Of a DNA stretch of 64,000 bases, positions 46,666 to 55,495 are shown one piece after another. Numbering within the stretch: position 1 is the first letter of the stretch; each line of letters opens with the position of its first letter. Origin of the DNA: an uncultured Acidobacteriota bacterium. Its GTDB lineage: Bacteria > Acidobacteriota > Vicinamibacteria > Vicinamibacterales > 2-12-FULL-66-21. The notes under the pieces are model-generated. The model was not told the DNA's origin. It ran no database searches and was given only the letters and a program-made list of their open reading frames with translations. The stretch spans positions 698,598-762,597 of the forward strand of contig CAVRYD010000014.1 in the NCBI GenBank assembly GCA_963725335.1, in the 5' to 3' direction. Position numbers and translations under genes: made by a program.

Positions 46666-48011
46666 CCCGCAAGCGACACATCGTCATCGTCGACGACGAG
46701 GCGAACATCGGACGGTCGCTTCGTTTGATCCTGGAAGGAGAGGGCTACCGGGTCAGCGTGTTCGACTCCGCGGCGGCATTTACGACAGACAGAACCCGGG
46801 CGGCGGCCGACATGTATCTCCTCGACGTGCGATTGCCCGACGGGAGCGGAATCGACCTGCTTCGTCTGGTGCGCCAGTCGGACGAGCGGTCGCCGGCCGT
46901 GATGATCTCCGGCCACGGCACCGTGGCCGACGCGGTCCAGGCGACGAAGATTGGAGCGTTCGACTTCCTCGAGAAGCCGCTCGCGCGCGACCGTGTGCTG
47001 CTGGTCGTCAAGAACGCCCTGGAGTGGTCGGACCTGCAGCGCGAGAACCAGCGCTACCGCGAACTGGTCGGGGACGCGCCGAGGATGGTCGGATCGGCGC
47101 CCGTGTTCCAGCATGCCGTGGGCGAGGCGACGCAGGTGGCGCGCTCCGACGTCACTGTGCTGCTGTCCGGGGAGTCCGGTACCGGCAAGGAGCTGCTGGC
47201 CGCGCACATCCACCGCGAAAGTCCGTTCGCCGCGGGTCCGTTCGTGAAAGTCAACTGTGCCGCGATTCCTACGGAGCTGATCGAGAGCGAGCTGTTCGGC
47301 CATGAACGGGGAGCGTTCACCGGTGCCGCGGCGCTCCGGCGCGGCCGGTTCGAACTTGCCGACGGCGGGACCATCTTTCTCGACGAGGTCGGCAATCTGC
47401 ACGGAGCCTCGCAGGCAAAGCTGCTCCGCGTGCTGCAGGACGGCGAGATCCAGCGCGTAGGCGGCGAGCAGACGATCAGGGTCACGACGCGCGTGATCTC
47501 GGCGACGAACCGTCGGCTCGACGAGCTCGTCTCTGACGGGCGATTCAGGGAGGATCTGTATTACCGCCTGAGCGTGGTCCCGATCCGAGTACCGGCCTTA
47601 CGTGAGCGTCCGCAGGACATCGCCGAGCTCGTCCCGTACTTCCTGTCCGAGTTCTGCGGCCGGAACAACTTCCGGCCGCGATCGATCGATCCGGAGGTCA
47701 TCGCGCTGCTCGAGCGCTACGCCTGGCCCGGCAACGTCCGCGAGCTGCGGAACGTCGTCGAGCGAATGGCAATTCTCACCCCGGGCGATCGCATTACCGT
47801 GGAGGCAATCCCGCTGGAAGTCAGATCGGCGCAGACGGCACGCGCAACCACGGGACTGCAGGACGTGCGCGACTCGGCCGAGCGCGAACGGATACGGCAG
47901 GTGCTGGACCAGACGGACTGGAACGTCTCGGCGGCGGCGCGGCTGCTCGACACCGAACGGACGGCGCTGCACAAGCGCATCCGCACACTGGGCCTGAAGC
48001 GGCAGGAGTGA
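46662..48011 (+). CDS. sigma-54-dependent response regulator (NtrC/NtrX family)
   Basis: 449-aa ORF with a REC domain (IVIVDDE...YLLDVRLPD), AAA+ Walker A GESGTGKE, the sigma-54 contact loop GAFTGA, and a C-terminal Fis-type HTH. ATGA overlap with the kinase gene. Confidence 0.9.
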   Translation: MTRKRHIVIVDDEANIGRSLRLILEGEGYRVSVFDSAAAFTTDRTRAAADMYLLDVRLPDGSGIDLLRLVRQSDERSPAVMISGHGTVADAVQATKIGAFDFLEKPLARDRVLLVVKNALEWSDLQRENQRYRELVGDAPRMVGSAPVFQHAVGEATQVARSDVTVLLSGESGTGKELLAAHIHRESPFAAGPFVKVNCAAIPTELIESELFGHERGAFTGAAALRRGRFELADGGTIFLDEVGNLHGASQAKLLRVLQDGEIQRVGGEQTIRVTTRVISATNRRLDELVSDGRFREDLYYRLSVVPIRVPALRERPQDIAELVPYFLSEFCGRNNFRPRSIDPEVIALLERYAWPGNVRELRNVVERMAILTPGDRITVEAIPLEVRSAQTARATTGLQDVRDSAERERIRQVLDQTDWNVSAAARLLDTERTALHKRIRTLGLKRQE

Positions 48012-48026
48012 ATCTCGTGGGGGTAA

Positions 48027-49169
48027 TCATCGTTCGCGGTTCTTGTTGTCGTACATTCTTTCGTCTGCAATCTTGACGAGTGCCATGACGTCAGTCGCGT
48101 CCGGCGCCACTTCGGCGCATCCGATGCTGAGGCCTACACCGGCGGGAAGCGCCTCTGCCTCCGGTGACGTCGCGAAATCTCGCTGCAGCGCGGTGGCTCG
48201 GCGCAGCGCCTCCTCCTCGCGGCACGACATCAGAATCAAGAACTCGTCGCCGCCCCAGCGAAACACGTAGTCCACCTCACGGACATTCCGGATGAAGAAT
48301 GTCGCGACCCGGTGCAGAACGCGGTCTCCTTCCTCGTGCCCGAGAGTGTCGTTGATCGTTTTGAAGCGGTCGACGTCGATGAACACTATCGACAGCGGGA
48401 TGTGATACCGGCGATGCCGCTGGACCTCGCGGCCAATGACTTCGTCGAAATAGCGACGATTGCGACAGCCGGTGAGTGTGTCTGTCGTGACGAGATCGCG
48501 CAGCTCGTCCTGCGCGGCTTTGAGGCGGGTGTTGGTGACGCGCAGCTCGTACGTCATGTCTTCGAACGCCATGAGCTGCATGCCAAGTGCCGCCACGAGG
48601 TTGAGCGCAGTGTTGACGAACGTCAGGCGTCCGACCTCCTGAGTGATCTGCAAGCCAATCAGCAGCCACAGATGCGTGGCGGCGATGATGATGAACGTGA
48701 CGCCCACGACGAGCGCGCCGAGCAGGCGCCCTTGTCGGAGTATCGAGAGATGCCCGATGCCTGCAGCCGTCAGCGCTCCGGCAATGAGTAGATGACCGGG
48801 ACCAAACGCTGCCGTCGCGTACAGCGCGAGCGGAGCGAGGCTGAACCAGAGGAGAAGAGGAAGCAGAACGAGTGCGTAGCCGCGAACGATCCGGAGGCGT
48901 GCGCGATAGGCGTCGGCGGCGAGGACGAAGCTCAGCGCTCCGAGGATCGCGAGAAATTGAGACAATCCATAAGCGACGTAGCCCGCTTTCGGCCGCTCGA
49001 AGCCATGCCCGGCGAGGAGCAATGACAGTGCGGTGACCGCCCAGCCCGAGACCCAGCACACGATATAGGTCCGCCGGCGGTAGACATAGAGGAGGCACAG
49101 GACGCAAGCAACCAGTAGCGTGGCGATACCGCTCAGCGTGCGCGGATCGATGGATGAATCACTAATCAC
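48027..49169 (-). CDS. membrane-anchored diguanylate cyclase (GGDEF)
   Basis: 380-aa ORF with about 6 N-terminal TM segments. RNRRYFDE...IDVDRFKTINDTLGHEEGD...RWGGDEFLIL. The GTG start and first codons lie inside the heptamer array at 49160-49229. Confidence 0.85.
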   Translation of the reverse strand: MISDSSIDPRTLSGIATLLVACVLCLLYVYRRRTYIVCWVSGWAVTALSLLLAGHGFERPKAGYVAYGLSQFLAILGALSFVLAADAYRARLRIVRGYALVLLPLLLWFSLAPLALYATAAFGPGHLLIAGALTAAGIGHLSILRQGRLLGALVVGVTFIIIAATHLWLLIGLQITQEVGRLTFVNTALNLVAALGMQLMAFEDMTYELRVTNTRLKAAQDELRDLVTTDTLTGCRNRRYFDEVIGREVQRHRRYHIPLSIVFIDVDRFKTINDTLGHEEGDRVLHRVATFFIRNVREVDYVFRWGGDEFLILMSCREEEALRRATALQRDFATSPEAEALPAGVGLSIGCAEVAPDATDVMALVKIADERMYDNKNRER

Positions 49170-49229
49170 TGATCACTAATCGTGAATCCCGAATCCCGAA
49201 TCCCGAATCCCGGATCCCGGATCCGAATC
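49160..49229. repeat. ten in-phase heptamers CACTAAT CACTGAT CACTAAT CGTGAAT CCCGAAT x3 CCCGGAT x2 CCGAATC
   Basis: Counted base by base. The array fills the gap between the DUF420 stop (49233) and the GGDEF start (49169). Confidence 0.85.
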
Positions 49230-49232
49230 GGT

Positions 49233-49647
49233 TCACAGCCGATACAGCATCAGGTAGACGATCACGCCCGTGACCGAGACGTAGAGCCAGATTGGAAACG
49301 TCCATCGAGCGATTGCGACGTGACGATCGAAGCGTCCCCGGAGACCACGGATGACCGTGATGAGCGCCAGCGGCAGCACGGTCGCGGCGAGCACGACGTG
49401 CGTCAGAAGGATCATGAAGTAGACCGCGCGAATCGGACCGCGTCCCGGGAATGGTTTCGACCCGATGTTCGCGTGATAGATGACGTACAGATGTGAGAAA
49501 CGCCGTCGACACCGCGCATGCCGTGAGCATCGTCGCGCGGTGGCGGCGCATGTCGCCGGCGCGGATGAACGAGTAACCGATCACCAGCAGAACGGCAGCG
49601 GTCGCGTTCAGGCTGGCGTTGAGCGCCGGAAGATCGGAGAGAGTCAC
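49233..49647 (-). pseudogene. DUF420 family membrane protein (cytochrome-oxidase-associated), one +1 frame break
   Basis: Pieces are ORF 49162..49647 (MTLSDLPALNASLNATAAVLLVIGYSFIRAGDMRRHRATMLTACAVSTAFL) and ORF 49233..49415 (..ILLTHVVLAATVLPLALITVIRGL..WLYVSVTGVIVYLMLY). 415 nt minus 1 is a multiple of 3. Confidence 0.75.
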
Positions 49648-50531
49648 GCCCGGCCAGCGATCATCAGGATCCAGAGCAGCGGCAGGTAGATGATCGAGCC
49701 GAAGAACAGGCGACGGGCGTCGGGCACGGCGCGCGTTCGCGCGAACCGCAGTGTGAGCAGGAAAAACAGAATCCCGAGGGCGAGTGCCGCCGCGAAGTAG
49801 GACACGCTTGTCATCCCCAGGAGCGTCGGTGCAAGGCTAACGGGGACGAGCGCCGCGCAGTAGAGCACCGCCTGTCGCGCGGTGCTGCGGCCGTCGGGCT
49901 CGATCACCGGCAGCATCAGAAACCCCGCGCGTGCGTAGTCCTCGCGATAGATCCAGGCGATCGCCAGGAAATGCGGCAACTGCCAGAGGAACACGATGGC
50001 GAAGAGGACCCATGCGCCCTGCGACAACTCGCCTCGAGCCGCTGCCCAGCCGATGACGGGAGGAAGCGCACCCGGGATTGCGCCGACGACCGTCGCAAAC
50101 GACGACCGGCGCTTGAGAGGCGTGTAGACCACAGCGTAGGTCAGCAGCGTCGCGAGCGCCACGGCCGCGCTCAGCAGGTTGACGACCTCGCCGAGCAGGG
50201 CCAGTCCCGCAAGCGCCAGCGCCGTCGCGAACACCAGCGATTCGATCGGTTGGAGCCGCCCATCAGGCAGCGGACGAAGCCGCGTCCGCCGCATCAGGCT
50301 GTCGGGCACCCGCTCCATGACCTGGTTGAACGCGGACGCGCCACCGGCAACCAGTGCGACGCCGACGACGGTAGACACGGTCACGAAGGCGTTCGACAGG
50401 TCGCCGCCTGCCATCGCATAGCCCGCGAGCGCGGACGCGACGACGAGCAAGTTGAGGCGCGGCTTGGCGAGCGCCACGAAGTCGTTCGTTCGGCTGCGCG
50501 CCGCCGGTAATGCGAGGGTGTCGCCTTTCAT
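49644..50531 (-). CDS. ctaB: protoheme IX farnesyltransferase (heme O synthase)
   Basis: 295-aa ORF with a UbiA-type polytopic pattern: LAKPRLNLLVV..., NQVMERVPDSLMRRTRLRPLP, YTPLKRRS. Confidence 0.9.
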   Translation of the reverse strand: MKGDTLALPAARSRTNDFVALAKPRLNLLVVASALAGYAMAGGDLSNAFVTVSTVVGVALVAGGASAFNQVMERVPDSLMRRTRLRPLPDGRLQPIESLVFATALALAGLALLGEVVNLLSAAVALATLLTYAVVYTPLKRRSSFATVVGAIPGALPPVIGWAAARGELSQGAWVLFAIVFLWQLPHFLAIAWIYREDYARAGFLMLPVIEPDGRSTARQAVLYCAALVPVSLAPTLLGMTSVSYFAAALALGILFFLLTLRFARTRAVPDARRLFFGSIIYLPLLWILMIAGRA

Positions 50532-51511
50532 CCGCGCACCTCTCGCAAGTCATTCTTCAGAAGCGCAGGCTCCTGGCTCGCCAGCACCGGTCCCTCGCTG
50601 GCAGGAGCCATCTGCACGATTCTTCGCCTATGGGCCCGCAGCGTAACCACGAGCGACGTGCCGAGCACGAGTGCGCCGTTTACTACGTGAGCGGTATTGA
50701 TGATCGGCTGGAGCGCCGAGAGCACGACGAGCGCGCCCAATGTTGCCTGGCTGCAGACGAACAACACCAGCAGCATCGTAGGACGGACGAGATCGCCGCG
50801 GTCGCCACGGCTGCGCCAGACGTGAGACGCCGTGACGACAACCGCGGCAATTACGAACAGCGCTCCCACACGATGAGCGAAGTGCACGGCGATCTGCTGC
50901 GTCCAGATTGGAGGAATCAACCGACCGGACGCGAGCGGGAACGTCGGAATCGCCAATCCGGCGCCCGTATGGCGCATCGTCGCGCCCAGAAGAATCTGCG
51001 TGTAGACGAGGACGCTCGTCGCGAGCGACGCCTTCCGCAGAAACCCATCGTCGGGAGGCAGCGATTGGGCGTTCCAGGACGGTGACGTCACAACCGCCAG
51101 CGTCAGCGTGATGCAGAAGAACAGTTGCGCGAGGCCGGCGTGGCCGATCGACACCGCCGGAGGAAGAAGCAGAAGCACGGTCAAACCGCCGAGGAGACCC
51201 TGGAGAATGACCGCGCCGAGCGCGGCGAAACCCAGGCGCCGAACCCAGGCACGGGGCTCGACTCTCCAGGTCCAGATCGCGAGGATGATCGTGAGAAAAC
51301 CAACCGTGCTTGCGATGAGCCGATGGGTGTGCTCGTAGCGAATGCCTCCCACCCATTTGCTCATCGGAAACGAGAACATGAACCAGCCGTACGTGTTCGG
51401 CCAGTCCGGTACGGACAGACCAGAGCCGGTACTCGTCACCATTCCGCCTGCGGCGATGAGCAGCACGGTTGAGACGGTCACGAGCTTCGCGTAGCGATGC
51501 AGCCAGATCAT
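50528..51511 (-). CDS. ctaA: heme A synthase (COX15/CtaA family)
   Basis: 327-aa ORF with GGMVTSTGSGLSVPDWP, YEHTHRL and HFAHRVGA histidine motifs. Overlaps ctaB by 4 nt. Confidence 0.85.
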   Translation of the reverse strand: MIWLHRYAKLVTVSTVLLIAAGGMVTSTGSGLSVPDWPNTYGWFMFSFPMSKWVGGIRYEHTHRLIASTVGFLTIILAIWTWRVEPRAWVRRLGFAALGAVILQGLLGGLTVLLLLPPAVSIGHAGLAQLFFCITLTLAVVTSPSWNAQSLPPDDGFLRKASLATSVLVYTQILLGATMRHTGAGLAIPTFPLASGRLIPPIWTQQIAVHFAHRVGALFVIAAVVVTASHVWRSRGDRGDLVRPTMLLVLFVCSQATLGALVVLSALQPIINTAHVVNGALVLGTSLVVTLRAHRRRIVQMAPASEGPVLASQEPALLKNDLREVRG

Positions 51512-51512
51512 G

Positions 51513-52298
51513 TCAGTTCGATGACGCGGCGGCGGCCGCCTTGAACGCGAACGTCAGCTCCTTCGATTCTTTTTCCCCGAGGGTGACTGTCTGTTGTTGC
51601 GTGCCGAGCTTCTCGTGCCACGCCTCGACTGTGTAGGTGCCCGCGGGAAGGCCCTTCAGCTCGAACTTTCCGCCGTCGTGCGTGACGGCGAAGTATGGGT
51701 GCTCGACCACTCCAACGAACGCGTGCATCCAGTTGTGCACGTCGCACTTGAAGGGGAGCATTATTTCGCGCTTCGTGAAGACCTTCTCGTCGCTCATGTT
51801 TTTGAGCGCCTGTCCCCTGTTCCACTCGCCGTTCGCCGTTCCCATCGCATGCACGTTGTGCAGGGTGTCGTCGCTGTTCGCAATCGCGAGCTTTTGTCCG
51901 ACCTGAATGCCGAGCACGTGCGGCACGTATCTGCAGGCGTGCTGATCGAGCTTTACCCCCTCAGAGGGCACGTCGAAGGCGTACTCGCCAAGACCGTCCT
52001 TCACGTACACGAAGACGTTCTCCAGACCGCCGTCGTCGACGACGAAGTTCTCGAATTTCGCCCCGTTCGGGTTTTGCTGCGCGCAGTAGGGATCCCCCGA
52101 CACCTTGATCGGAGGATTTGCCGGCACGGTTCCTTCAATCGTGACCCGCCCGGCGACGTTTCCCGCCTTCGACTGATCAACGCGCTTCGCGTTGGCCGGC
52201 GGAGCGCTCGGGGCCGCCTCTTTCTGGCCGCTGCACGCTCCCGCCGCCCCGGCCGCGATCATCATCGCCAGGAATGGCCGCAAACCATTCATCCGCAT
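51513..52298 (-). CDS. cupredoxin-like copper-binding lipoprotein
   Basis: ORF track 51513..52319. A terminator abuts 52322, so I prefer the start at MRMNGLRPF (52298). Lipobox-like AAGAC. Type-1 Cu ligand pattern DTLHNVH ... CDVHNWM. The C-terminal tail resembles a CarboxypepD_reg beta-sandwich. Confidence 0.65.
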   Translation of the reverse strand: MRMNGLRPFLAMMIAAGAAGACSGQKEAAPSAPPANAKRVDQSKAGNVAGRVTIEGTVPANPPIKVSGDPYCAQQNPNGAKFENFVVDDGGLENVFVYVKDGLGEYAFDVPSEGVKLDQHACRYVPHVLGIQVGQKLAIANSDDTLHNVHAMGTANGEWNRGQALKNMSDEKVFTKREIMLPFKCDVHNWMHAFVGVVEHPYFAVTHDGGKFELKGLPAGTYTVEAWHEKLGTQQQTVTLGEKESKELTFAFKAAAAASSN

Positions 52299-52321
52299 GG
52301 CTTTATACAAGGCTATCACAG

Positions 52322-52362
52322 AAAAAAGTGGCTGGCACCTTTCCGGGAAAGGTGCCAGCCAC
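52322..52362 (-). terminator. strong intrinsic terminator of the M23 peptidase gene
   Basis: 15-bp perfect stem GTGGCTGGCACCTTT / AAAGGTGCCAGCCAC (52328-52362) with loop ccggg. On the minus strand it is followed by TTTTTT (52327-52322). It begins 3 nt after the stop at 52365. Confidence 0.75.
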
Positions 52363-52364
52363 CT

Positions 52365-53739
52365 TCAGGGCTTCAGCTTACGCAGAATGCGGTCCTGAAT
52401 CCAGTGCTGATCCCACCACTCGACCGGGTTCACCATGTTGCCGTTCACGAGCATCGTGAAATGGAGGTGATCGCCGCCCGCCAATCCCGTCATGCCGCTC
52501 CGTCCGATTTCCTGTTCCTTCTCGACCATCTGACCGGCTTTGACGCCGATGGACGACAGATGTCCATACAGCGACTGCACGCCCATCCCGTGATCGATGA
52601 TGACGCAGTTGCCGTAGATGCCCAGTTCGTCGGCGTACAGCGACCTTGCCGCGGTTCGCCGCGACGATTTTGACTCCGGTAAACGACGCGAGGTCGAAGC
52701 CGAGGTGGACCTGCTGATCGACTTCCTTGCCGTTGTAGATGTAGGTGCGCTGATCCGCGAACGCGGACTCCACGGCGTTGTTCCCAAACGGATGAAAGAC
52801 GACGCCTCGCCACAGGATTTCCGGCGCACTGTCCTTCGCAAACGACGCGATCTTCGCGGCGTTCTTGCGGCGCAGCTCTCCGTTGATCACCAGGAACTTG
52901 GCAAGGTTGTCTCCCTCCGGCTTGACCTCGGTCGTTCCGGCAAGGATGGCGGGAACGACGCGATCGAGGAATTTGTCGTCGAGCAGAATCTTGCTCTTCT
53001 TGAATGGCTTGGGAAACGTCGTGTAGTCGAAGTCGGCGCGCGCCGTGTTGCCCGCCTCATCGCGCGCGAACAGGCGAATCGGCGTCTTGAGATCCTGATC
53101 GTATCGAAGCGCGAAGAACGCGATGCGCAGCGTGGGATCGTCCAGCTTCACACCTTCAACCGCAGATGCCCCCGACGCCGGGTAGCCGGGGTATTCGAGA
53201 TCGCCTACCAGCACGCCTGACGTGATGTCCGCCGGCGCTGCACGATAGACGACCATCTCCGACCCGCCCAGATTGATGTAGTGCTTCGACGAGACGATGG
53301 ATATCTGGGGCCTCTCGAGGCGGACCTGCACGTCGTGACTCGCCGTCGATTGCAGCGTGCGCAGCCCACGCATCACCGCGCGGGAGGCGGTGACGGTAAT
53401 GCGCGCGGGACCGCTCTTCAGATCGGGGATCGTCTCCTTGCCGACCGTGCGAGTAATGCGCAAGGCGTCCGGCCCATCCAGTTTGACGCCTTCCCCCGTT
53501 GGCTGACCGCCGGTCATCTCGTACAGCGTCGTCTGCTTGCCGTTCTGGTCGAAGACGACCTTGATCGTTTTGAGTTGGGCGCCCGGCGCCCCAACCACCA
53601 CCTCGACGGGTGTGCTGGTGCCCACGAACTTCACAGGCTTTGGAATCTGGATTGTGGGGCCGCCGGCTCGTCCCGCGACAACATAAGCGCCGCCGGCGGC
53701 GAGCGCGAGGATCAGAATGAGTCCGAAGAGGTATCGCAT
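52365..53739 (-). pseudogene. M23 family metallopeptidase, one +1 frame break
   Basis: Pieces are ORF 52378..53739 (signal anchor and N-terminal domains, good to ..VAANRGKVA) and ORF 52365..52841 (YADELGIYGNCVIIDHGMGVQSLYGHLS...GGDHLHFTMLVNG). 1375 nt minus 1 is a multiple of 3. Confidence 0.8.
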
Positions 53740-53810
53740 CGGGCTTATTGTTTCAGAAAATCGTCCGCCGTTCAGGTTCGAATGTCGCGTTTCTGCGGCA
53801 CGCCGTCTGC

Positions 53811-53840
53811 TTGACCCTTCTTCTCGGCGGCTGCTAACAT
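53811..53840 (+). promoter_or_regulatory. possible sigma-70-type promoter for tRNA-Glu
   Basis: TTGACC (53811-53816), an 18-nt spacer, then TAACAT (53835-53840), about 24 nt before the tRNA 5' end. Pattern match only. Confidence 0.3.
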
Positions 53841-53863
53841 TAAAGGTTCCTGTCGCGCGCTGT

Positions 53864-53938
53864 GCCGGTATCGTCTAGGGGTCAGGACACGTGGTTCTCA
53901 GCCACGGGACCGGGGTTCGAATCCCCGTACCGGTACCA
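53864..53938 (+). tRNA. tRNA-Glu (anticodon CUC), CCA encoded
   Basis: Hand-folded cloverleaf: acceptor GCCGGTA/TACCGGT, D arm GTCT-AGGGGTCA-GGAC, anticodon arm CGTGG-TTCTCAG-CCACG, variable GGAC, T arm CGGGG-TTCGAAT-CCCCG, discriminator A, CCA. Collinear with E. coli tRNA-Glu. Confidence 0.9.
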
Positions 53939-53957
53939 TTCTTCAAGCCGAAGGCTC

Positions 53958-55430
53958 TCAGTTATTTCGAGCGATTTCCTTCGCGCCATCAGAGTCTTCC
54001 GCGAGACTCTGTTCCGTTGGAACTTGAAAGATTCCTGAAACGTCTGCCTCCGCATCAGCGATCGCGTCGAAAGCCTTGTGTCTAATGCTTCCGATTGTCG
54101 CGAACGATTGGCCGAGCGCGAGCGCCAACGCCAGCAGCAGCACCACACCCGCTCGCGCGGCTGGCACTGCGGTCACCGGCGTGAACAGGGCCAACGGAAT
54201 GGCGGCCGCGATCGCCTGGTAGCCGGCTTGGTTCGGGTGAACGTGATCGCACGTCAAATCAGAGCGCAGGGACCAGGCCGGATCGCTGGCATCTTTGACG
54301 GCTGCTTCGACGTCAATCACCGCATCGAAGCTCGGTTCGGCGGCGCCTTGGCGCTTGTCGTGGTCGCGAATCCATTGGTTCACGACCTGAGCGGTTTGCT
54401 TGTTGTTGCCGACGTCCTTGACGGAGTGGCCAAAAGGGAGGATTGGAACCCCGAGGATCTGCTTCCTCGCCTGGTGAGCTTTGGCGATGGCCTGCTCGTA
54501 GGCGGTCTCGAGAAAGGAGGCGTCGACGTGCTCGTACGAGATGTCGTTCACGCCCATGAGCAGCATCACCCATCGCACCTCCGGCAGCCTCAACAGTTCA
54601 TCCAGGCGCAACAAGCCACGAAGACCCGCGCCATCGGACGAGGCAAAGCGCCCCGACCCGATGCCGGCGTTCAGCACGGCTAGCGCTGTCCCGTCGGGCA
54701 GGGACGGCATCCGTGCCGCGAGCCGATCCGGCCAGTCGCCGTCTGCATCCACCGCGGAGCAGGCCCCTTCGGTGATCGAGTCGCCGAGCGCCACGATCGC
54801 CGCCTCTGGACGGGACGCGAGAACCTGCACCTCGTAGACCGCAAAAACCTGGCGGGTCGTCGACGCCCCCGTCAGAGACGTCGCGGAGACCTGGTTGCCG
54901 GCACCGTGATACGCGGTCTTGACCTGCGCGCGCCCGCCCTCGGTTGTCGGAACGAACGAGCCCGGCACGTACAGCGAGATCGCCAAATCCTGCCCTGCGC
55001 TGACAGGCAGTGTGACGGGATCACTCCACAGGTCGCTGCCAGCGGCAACGAGCGCCGACGAGCTCCCCGCGAACGTGAGCGCACGGTCTGTTCCGCTGGC
55101 GATACCGCTGCCGCTGGTGCGGATCGCGACGTGCCCAGCGCCAATCCCGAGTGATGTCGCGGAGAACCGCTGACTGAGTCGCACCCTCACCTGTGAACCG
55201 CCCGCGGTGAGGTGCGCCATCACCCGCAGCGTGCGGCCGGTCAGATCCGGAACCGGATCCGTGAACGTATGATCGGTCGTAATCGTGGTGGAGAGCGGTC
55301 CTCTTCCTATCCACGCGGACACCCACGTGGGCGCCTGCGCCTGCGCGGTCACTGCGATCAATGCGCATGACAGCGCGAGGACGACAATGATCGACGAGCG
55401 AGGAACGTTTCGTCGCAGCCGTGAGCTCAT
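53958..55430 (-). CDS. secreted SGNH/GDSL-family hydrolase
   Basis: ORF track 53958..55640 trimmed to ATG 55430 (MSSRLRRNV..., signal peptide ..AVTAQAQA). Block I ALGDSITEG, block V DHVHPN. An unusual 75-aa C-terminal tail has one hydrophobic segment. Confidence 0.75.
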   Translation of the reverse strand: MSSRLRRNVPRSSIIVVLALSCALIAVTAQAQAPTWVSAWIGRGPLSTTITTDHTFTDPVPDLTGRTLRVMAHLTAGGSQVRVRLSQRFSATSLGIGAGHVAIRTSGSGIASGTDRALTFAGSSSALVAAGSDLWSDPVTLPVSAGQDLAISLYVPGSFVPTTEGGRAQVKTAYHGAGNQVSATSLTGASTTRQVFAVYEVQVLASRPEAAIVALGDSITEGACSAVDADGDWPDRLAARMPSLPDGTALAVLNAGIGSGRFASSDGAGLRGLLRLDELLRLPEVRWVMLLMGVNDISYEHVDASFLETAYEQAIAKAHQARKQILGVPILPFGHSVKDVGNNKQTAQVVNQWIRDHDKRQGAAEPSFDAVIDVEAAVKDASDPAWSLRSDLTCDHVHPNQAGYQAIAAAIPLALFTPVTAVPAARAGVVLLLALALALGQSFATIGSIRHKAFDAIADAEADVSGIFQVPTEQSLAEDSDGAKEIARNN

Positions 55431-55495
55431 CGGGTGCGCAAATGGCTTCCGAATCGATGACCTGGCCGTCGCCGAGCCTCGATGCGCCTCCCGGC

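Noticed and set aside
49160-49229. Possibility that this and the other short tandem arrays are CRISPR arrays
   Set aside because: The units are 7 nt with no unique spacers between them, and no cas genes are present. Period and structure are incompatible with CRISPR.
52328-52362. TGGCAC inside the hairpin, and other TGGCAC hits (e.g. near 38370, 39130, 62520, 62985), as sigma-54 -24 elements
   Set aside because: None is followed by TTGC at the correct 5-nt spacing. The 52.3-kb copy is simply part of a terminator stem.
53775-53783. GGTTCGAAT 9-mer upstream of tRNA-Glu as a remnant of another tRNA T-arm
   Set aside because: There is no flanking complementarity for a T stem or acceptor stem. 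A single 9-mer is insufficient.
53939-53947. 9-bp match TTCTTCAAG (53939-53947) to its complement CTTGAAGAA (63307-63315) as terminal inverted repeats of the island
   Set aside because: The match is too short, and the right copy lies about 115 bp inside the boundary. It could be chance in AT-richer DNA, so I note it only as a weak observation.
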